DNA of 64,000 nt from Malacoraja senta. Taxonomy: Eukaryota. Every line of letters starts with the position of its first letter. The stretch's first letter is position 1. The DNA is taken from contig CM075995.1 in the NCBI GenBank assembly GCA_038087875.1, positions 1,862,001-1,926,000 of the forward strand, written 5' to 3'. The notes beneath the pieces are model-generated. The model was not told where the DNA came from. It saw nothing but the letters and a program-made list of their open reading frames with translations, and did not search any database. The position numbers and the translations under genes are program-made. Of the stretch, positions 57,005 through 64,000 are shown one piece after another.

Positions 57005-57350
57005 ACCCTTAAGAATTATGGGTAGGCCATTTAGGACTGAGGTGAGGAAAAAGGTTTTCACCCAAAGAGTTGTGAATCTGTGGAATTCTCTGCCACAGAA
57101 GGCAGTGGAGGCCAATTCACTGGATGTGTTCAAGAGAGAGTTCAATATAGCTCTTAGGGCTAACGGAATCAAGGGATTCGGTGCTGGCTCGAAGGGCTGA
57201 ATGGCCTACTCCTGCACCTATTGATTATTGTCTATTGATATGGGGAGAAAGCAGGAACAGGGTACTGATTTTGGATGATCAGCCATGATCATATTGAATG
57301 GTGGTGCTGGCTTGAAGGGCCGAATGGCCTACTCCTGCACCTATTTTCTA
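57005..57350 (+). mobile_element. CR1 3' fragment with nested second tail
   Basis: ORF 56976..57200. Confidence 0.8.
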
Positions 57351-57451
57351 CGTTAATCCATTCCACAATTCCCGACATTGTATCCCTCTTGAGATCACAC
57401 CTTCTCTTGCCAACAGTGGGCCCACCAGGGCACCTTCTTGTCTGAGGTTTA

Positions 57452-57560
57452 TTTTTTGCCTGCCCCAATCGCTCCTGGGGCAGGCAAAAAAGATAGAAAG
57501 CGTTTTCTATCTTTGGAGCAATGTGCACTAAATGCTATAATCTATATATTTTATAGATTA
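57452..57560. repeat. Three adjacent perfect inverted repeats (16, 11 and 9 bp stems)
   Basis: 57452-57467/57476-57491; 57489-57499/57504-57514; 57538-57546/57552-57560. Confidence 0.9.
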
Positions 57561-58219
57561 ACAACAATAAAAATAGTTGTGCGTAGAACCAAAGTGAAAA
57601 GTAAATCAATTTTGAGAAGAAGACTTAATGCGAAAGAAAGGAACATAGCTAATTGTACATTTGACAAGAGTTGTAAATCAAGGTCCTTTAAGTCACGTTT
57701 GACTTATGGTTTAATATTCCATGCACTATTAGGCTAATAACTAATCACATTTTCCCTGCTAAACATAAATATGTGATTTATTCAACTGCGGGGTGTGGGT
57801 CAAGTTCACCATGATACAACCTGAAAGGAATTTAAGGGTAAGAGGGCAATTGATAATTTATCAAAAGCACGAAACGCTACAATGATTACATATTTCGCTG
57901 AAAGGAATGGTACTGAATGTGATCGCAATGATATCTTCCAGTAACTATTCTGCATTATCTGAAACAAGCTCACGTCTCTCTGTTTCCATATTTTAAAAAA
58001 ATCAGGACCCAGGAGATATGTTACAGAAAACTGCCCTTGCTTTTCTTATACCACAGAGAACCATTCACAGGGAATGTTAAGGTTGAGTCAGGCAAATCGT
58101 TAATATGTATAAAGTGTTTAAAAGCTGGAGGATAGAAACGGGGTAATGAGGATAAGCAGGGAACTCAGACATAAATATTTCACACACTAACAGTTTGTGC
58201 ATGGATTTTGTAACGCGGG

Positions 58220-59365
58220 GAGTTCATTTAAATGCAAATAAGCGTTTGTCGGCACTGGGCCTACACTCTCTGGAGTTTAGAAGAATGAGGGGGCACCTCA
58301 TTGAAACGTGCAGAATAGTGAAAGGCTTGGATAGAGAGGATGTGGAGAGGATGGTTCCACTAGTGGGAGAGTCCAGGACTAGAGGTCATAGCCTCAGTTG
58401 TTTTGGACTGGCATTTTTAGGAGCTGAGGAGGAATTTCTTTAGTCAGAGGGTGGTGAATCTGTGGAATTCTTTGCCACAGAATAGGGGATATGGGGAGAA
58501 GGCAGGAACGGGGGAACTGATTGGGGATGATCAGCCATGATCACATTGAATGGCGGTGCTGGCTCGAAGGGCCGAATGGCCTACTCCTGCACCTATTGTC
58601 TATTGTCTATTGTCTATAGAAGGCTGTGGAGGCCAAGTCAGTGGATATATTTAAGGCAGAGATAGATAGATTTTTGATTAGTACGGGTGTCAGAGGTTAT
58701 GGGGAGAAGGCAGGAGAATGGTGTTAGGAGGGAGAGATAGATCAGACATGATTTAATGGTGGATTGACATGATGGGCCGAATGGCCTAATTCNNNNNNNN
58801 NNNNNNNNNNNNNNNNNNNNNNNNNNNNNNNNNNNNNNNNNNNNNNNNNNNNNNNNNNNNNNNNNNNNNNNNNNNNNNNNNNNNNNNNNNNNNNNNNNNN
58901 NNNNNNNNNNNNNNNNNNNNNNNNNNNNNNNNNNNNNNNNNNNNNNNNNNNNNNNNNNNNNNNNNNNNNNNNNNNNNNNNNNNNNNNNNNNNCATCTCCG
59001 TTCTAAATGGCCTACCCCTTATTCTTAGACTGTGACCTCTGGTTCTGGATTCCCCCAACATTGAGAACATTTTTCCTGCATCTAGCCTGTCCAATCCCTT
59101 AAGAATTTCATATGTTTCTATAAGATCCCATCGCATCCTTCTAAATTCCAGTGAATATAAGCCCAGTCGAATTAACCTGGTGAACCTATGCTGCACTCCC
59201 TCAATAGCAAGAATGTCCTTCCTCAAATTAGATCAAAACTGCACACAATACTTCAGATGTGGTCTCACCAGGGCCCTGTACATCTGCAGTAGGACCTCCT
59301 TGCTCCTATACTCAAATCTTCTCGCTATGAAGGCCAACGTGACATTTGCTTTCTTCGCTGACTGT
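58220..59365. mobile_element. CR1 3' fragments on both sides of a gap
   Basis: ORFs 58195..58443 and 58786..59226. Confidence 0.8.
58793..58992. other. Assembly gap (200 N)
   Basis: Run of N. Confidence 1.
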
Positions 59366-59399
59366 TGTATTATGGCAAAAAGCCAAAATTCCTTGAACT

Positions 59400-60725
59400 A
59401 AGTAAATTTGTAGTTCCTAGTTTAGTTAGTGTGTGTGGTGTTCAAGAGCCTGATGGTTGTGGGAAGAAATTGTTCTTGAACCGAGAGATTCTAGTTTTCA
59501 GACTCCTATACTATCTTCCTAATGGTCGGAGTGAAATGAAACTGTGGCCAGGGTGGTGTGGGTCCTTGATGAGATTGCATTTATGAGACAACACATCCTA
59601 TGAAACTCTTTGTTAAAGAAGGAACTGCAGATGCTGGAAAATCGAAGGTACACAAAAATGCTGGAGAAACTCAGCGGGTGCAGCAGCATCTATGGAGCGA
59701 AGGAAATAGGTAACGTTTCGGGCCGAAACCCTTCTTCAGACTGATAGGGGGCGGGGAGAAGAAAGGAAAAAAGGAAAAAAGGCGGAGGAGGAGCCCGAGG
59801 ACTGGGGGAGGGGAGGAGACAACCGGTGGCTCAGCACTTCAACTCCCCCTCCCATTCCGTATCTGACCTCTCTGTCCTGGGTCTCCTCCATGGCCACAGC
59901 AAGCAACACCGTAAATTGGAGGAAATGCACTTGGGCAGTCTACATCTTGGGGGCTTGAACATTGAATTCTCCCAATTCTGCTAGCCCTTGCTGTCCCCTC
60001 CCCTTCATCAGCCATCTGGTTGTCTCCTCCCCTCCCCCAGCCCTCGGGCTCCTCCTCCTCCTCCGCCTTTTTCCTTTTTTCCTTTCTTCTCCCCACCCCC
60101 TATCAGTCTGAAGAAGGGTTTCGGCCCGAAACGTTACCTAATTCCTTCGCTCCATAGATGCTGCTGCACCCGCTGAGTTTCTCCAGCATTTTTGTGTACC
60201 TATGAAACTCTTTGATAGTGGGGAGGTCAGTACCAATTTGGACCAGGCAGTGTCTTCTTTGTTCGTAGTCGTTCAAGTTGCCGAATCAGGTTGTGATGTA
60301 ATCAGTCAATATGCTCTCTACCATACACCTGTAGAGGACTCGAGAGACTACTCATCAACATACCGATCGTCAATCTTCTGAGGAAGTAGAGCTTGTACAG
60401 CATAATGTATAGTTGGGAGTTGATGGGAGAGAGATTGGTATGCTTGATGGACTGGGCTGTATCGAAAGCTTTTTACAATTTGTTGTGTTCTTCGGCATAG
60501 CAGAGGCAAACCAAGTTGGGATGCATCTCAATAGGATGCTTTCGAGAGTGCATCTGTAGAAATCGATAAAAGGAATTGGAGACATGCTGAATTTCCTTAG
60601 TCTTCTGAGGATTTAGGAGGAGTTGGTGTGCTTCCTTGGTCGTATTGTAATGTAGTCGGACCTGGACAACTTGTTGGCGATGTTTACTCCCAGCAACTTG
60701 AAGCTCTTGACCAACTCCACTTCAA
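59400..60725 (-). mobile_element. Old Rex1/Babar fragment interrupted by a Penelope insertion
   Basis: FYRCTLESILLRCIPTWFA; DPHHPGH...LPLGR...SFFP in antisense. Confidence 0.65.
59613..60198. mobile_element. Penelope-like inverted-pLTR insertion with TSD
   Basis: CCTATGAAACTCTTTG at 59597-59612 and 60199-60214; minus arm to ~59824, plus arm with CTGAAGA...GAAACGTT at ~60108-60135. Confidence 0.88.
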
Positions 60726-61089
60726 CATGGAAGAAAGACATAAAAAGCTGGAGTAGCTCAGCGGGTCAGGCAGCATCTCTGGAGAAAAGGAATAGGTGAC
60801 ATTTCGGTTCGAGACTGTTCTTCAAACTGAGAGTCAGGGGAAGGGGAAACGAGAGGTATAGAAGGTACATGGAACAATGTGCAAAAAGCAGCGATGATCA
60901 AGGAAAGGTGGTGCCCACAATGGACCATTGTTGGCTGTGGGGCAGGTGATAATGAGTTATACAGACGGTGAAACTCAACTGGACGACAGTGAAAATAGTA
61001 CGATGACTAGGTTGGGGGAGGCTCTCCACTTTAACACCATTGATATAACCGAGGTATGAACTCCATTCCGCTTTATGAAGTCAATGTCT

Positions 61090-62545
61090 AGCTCATAAGA
61101 TCATTAGATCATAAGTGCTAGGAGCAGAATTAGGCCATTCGGCCGATCAAGTCTACTCTGCCATTCAATCATGGATGATCTATCTCTTGCTCCTAACCCC
61201 ATTCTCCTGCCTTCTCCCCATACCATCTGACACCTGTACTAATCAAGAATCTATCTATCTCTGCCTTAAAAATATCCATTGACTTGGCCTCCACAGCCTT
61301 CTGTGGCAAAGCATTCCACAGATTCACCACCCTCTGACTAAAGAAATTCCTCATCTTCAAAAGAACGTCCTTTAATTCTGAGGCAATGACATCTAGTCCT
61401 AGACGCTTTCATTCGTGGAAGCATCCTCTCCACATCCACTCTATCCAAGCCTTTCACTATTCTGTACGTCTCAATGAGGTCTCCCCTCATTCTTCTAAAC
61501 TTCAGCGAGCACAGGCTCAGTGCCGTCAAACACTCATCATATGTTAACCCACTCATTCCTGGGATAATTCTTGCAAACCTCCTCTGGACCCTCTCCAGAG
61601 CCAGCACATCCTTCCTCAGATATGATGCCCAAAATTGCTCACAATATTCCAAAAGCAGCCTGACCAGCGCCTTATAGAGCCTCAACATTACATCCCTGTT
61701 TTTGTATACAAGCCCTCTCGAAATAAAGTCTAGCTCCTTCATTTTGCTGACGTTAAGGGAGTGATTGTTATCTTGACGTCATGTTACTCAGCTCTCTAGC
61801 TCCTTCCTGTACTCCGTCCGATTATTGTTCGAGAATTATTATAGAGGATATTACATCACCTATTCTTATTTATTGCAGTATATGTGCCAGGAAGTTGAGG
61901 ATCCAGCTGCTGAGGTGGGTGTTTGGAGATGAGTTTGGTTGGAATTATGTCGAAGGTCATTGGGTCATAAGGCCATTCGGCCCATCAAGTCAATTCCGTC
62001 ATTCAATCATGGCTGATCTATCTCTTCCTAACCCTTTTCTCCTGCCTTCTCCCCATAATCTCTGACACCCATACTAATCAGGAATCTATCTATCGCTGTC
62101 TTAAAAATATTAATTGACTTAGCCTCCACTGCCTTCTGCAGCAAAGGATTCCACAGATTCACCACCCTCTGACTAAAGAAATTCCTCCTCATCTCCTTCT
62201 TATAGGAACGCCCTTTAGTTCTGAGGCTATGACCTCTAGCCCTGGACTTTCACACCAGTGGAAACATCCTCTCCACATCCACTTTATCCAAGCCTTTCAC
62301 TATTCTGTTAGTTTCAATGAGGTCCCCCCCTCATTCTTCTAAGCTCCAGTGAGTACAGGCCCAGTGCCGACAAACAGTCATCATGCATTAACCCACTCAT
62401 TCCTAGGATCATTCTTGTAAATCTCCTCTGGACCCCCTCCAGAGCCAGCACATCCTTCCTCAGATATGATGGCCAAAATTGCTCACAATACTCCAAATGC
62501 GACCTGACCAGCGCCTTATAGAGCCTCAGCATTACATCCCTGTAG
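61090..62545 (-). mobile_element. Two CR1 3' fragments (~61090-61730 and 61955-62545)
   Basis: ORFs 61338..61742 and 62314..62688. Confidence 0.85.
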
Positions 62546-63097
62546 ATTCTACATAAAGGCAGAATATTAGTCGATAGGTATTCTCTACTCCTCCACCATT
62601 TTTTCGGGGGGGGGGGGAGCGGCGGGGGGTGTATGTGTGTGTGTGTGTGTGTGTGTGCAATATATAGTTTGTTTTGAAAATGAATCAAAGGATCTTTCCC
62701 ATCATCTGATACACACCCAGTCTACATAGCTTTGTTGATTATTTCCCAAATCGGAAATAACCAAATAATAGATTTTGAGAAAAAGCAAACGGGAAGTAAT
62801 TAAGGCTGCTGATATTATGTAGAGTGGAAACCGGGAATGCTTAAAATCAAACAGTTTATTGTTTAGACCATTGTTTAGAATGACTGGCCATAGAAACTTA
62901 TACATGGTATTGTAAACTTAAGTGGAAGATTTCAATATAATGCAATCGTTTTTTTAAACCAAAACGTATTAGCGTACTGCATTTCTTTTGCCGAGAATGG
63001 AAGGAGAAATCATGACATAAACTTGTTTAATGCAATAAAGAGGAACTATAGATGCTAGTTTATACCAAAGATTAACGCAAAATACTGGAGTAACTCA

Positions 63098-63291
63098 TGT
63101 TCAAGACTGGAAAATCGAAGGTAGACAAAAATGCTGGAGAAACTCAGCGGGTGCGGCAGCATCTATGGAGCGAAGGAAATAGGCAACGTTTCGGGCCGAA
63201 GTCTGAAGAAGGGTTTCGGCCCGAAACGTTGCCTATTTCCTTCGCTCCATAGATGCTGCCGCACCCGCTGAGTTTCTCCAGCATTTTTGTC
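63098..63291. mobile_element. Perfect palindromic Penelope mini-element inserted into an older relative
   Basis: 80/80 inverted arms at 63121-63200 and 63215-63294; 15-bp TSD TACTGGAGTAACTCA at 63083-63097 and 63292-63306. Confidence 0.92.
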
Positions 63292-63436
63292 TACTGGAGT
63301 AACTCAGCAGGTCAGGCAGCATCTCTGGAGAAAATGGAAGTGACATTTCTGGTCGGGACCTGAAAATGGCACGATTCCATCCGCCTCAACCACCACCCTT
63401 GGCAGCCTGTTCCAGGCACTCATCACCCTGTGTGTA

Positions 63437-64000
63437 AGGGGAGAACGTACAAACTCTGTACATACGGCACCCGTAGTCAGGTTCGAACCCTGGTCTATGG
63501 CCCAGTACGGCAGCAACTCTACCGCTGTGCCATCGTGCTGCCCTAAATTGGATTCTTTAAATGAAGCTATCAACACAAATTCCCAGCTCTTTCCCCTTCA
63601 AATAATACTTCATTTTTGCAAATATTTATCTAATTCCATTTTATATCATGTTATATTTTACAGCCTAATACCCATTCCTGAAAAAAATCCATTATGTATC
63701 TCTTTGCACAGGAATTTTATGTTCTGTTACAGTCCTGTAGCCATTGAAGACAACTTCTCACATGGGGCAGTACAGTGGTGCAGCTGGTGGAGCTACTGCC
63801 TCACAGCGCCAGAAAGCCAGGGACCCGGATTCGATTCCAACCTCGGGCGCTGTCTGTGGAGTTAGCACGGTGATGCTGCCTGTCCCGCTGAGTTACTCCA
63901 GCTTTTGGTGTCTATCTACGGTTTAAACCAGCATCTGCAGTTCCTTCCTACACACTCCCTGTGAACGTGTTGGTTTCCTCCAGTGGCTCCAGTTTTCTCC
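63437..64000. mobile_element. HE1-like SINE heads (minus ~63437-63545; plus ~63763-end, interrupted by a mini-element arm at ~63872-63950)
   Basis: Head and V-domain motifs. Confidence 0.7.

Noticed and set aside
57452..57491. Rho-independent terminator
   Set aside because: Vertebrate-type DNA with no bacterial gene upstream; kept only as an unexplained hairpin

Overview
Eukaryotic, repeat-dominated non-coding DNA, most likely from a cartilaginous fish (skate or ray). This is inferred from HE1-type V-SINEs and shark-type CR1 LINEs recognised from memory, without a database search. No intact host gene is recognisable; there are two weak candidate exons and several unique CNE/enhancer-like islands. 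Most of the window is nested transposable elements: many CR1 3' fragments, Rex1/Babar, L2, RTE and L1/Tx1 fragments, and about 18 HE1-like SINE pieces. It also holds five PIF/Harbinger-like MITEs (one with a 34.6x21-bp array), a non-autonomous Helitron, a hAT-like MITE, and Penelope-like (GIY-YIG) elements. Three observations stand out. (1) A full-length DIRS1-like tyrosine-recombinase retrotransposon (25103-29857) has termini matching its ICR perfectly while every ORF is dead, and its AAT crossover core can be reconstructed. (2) An abundant family of ~200-bp palindromic Penelope-derived mini-elements has 11-16 bp TSDs, and its fold-back point sits on a minimal hammerhead-ribozyme core. (3) A GC-rich non-coding element body occurs with two different LINE 3' tails. 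There are two 200-N assembly gaps. Boundaries of degraded repeats are approximate.
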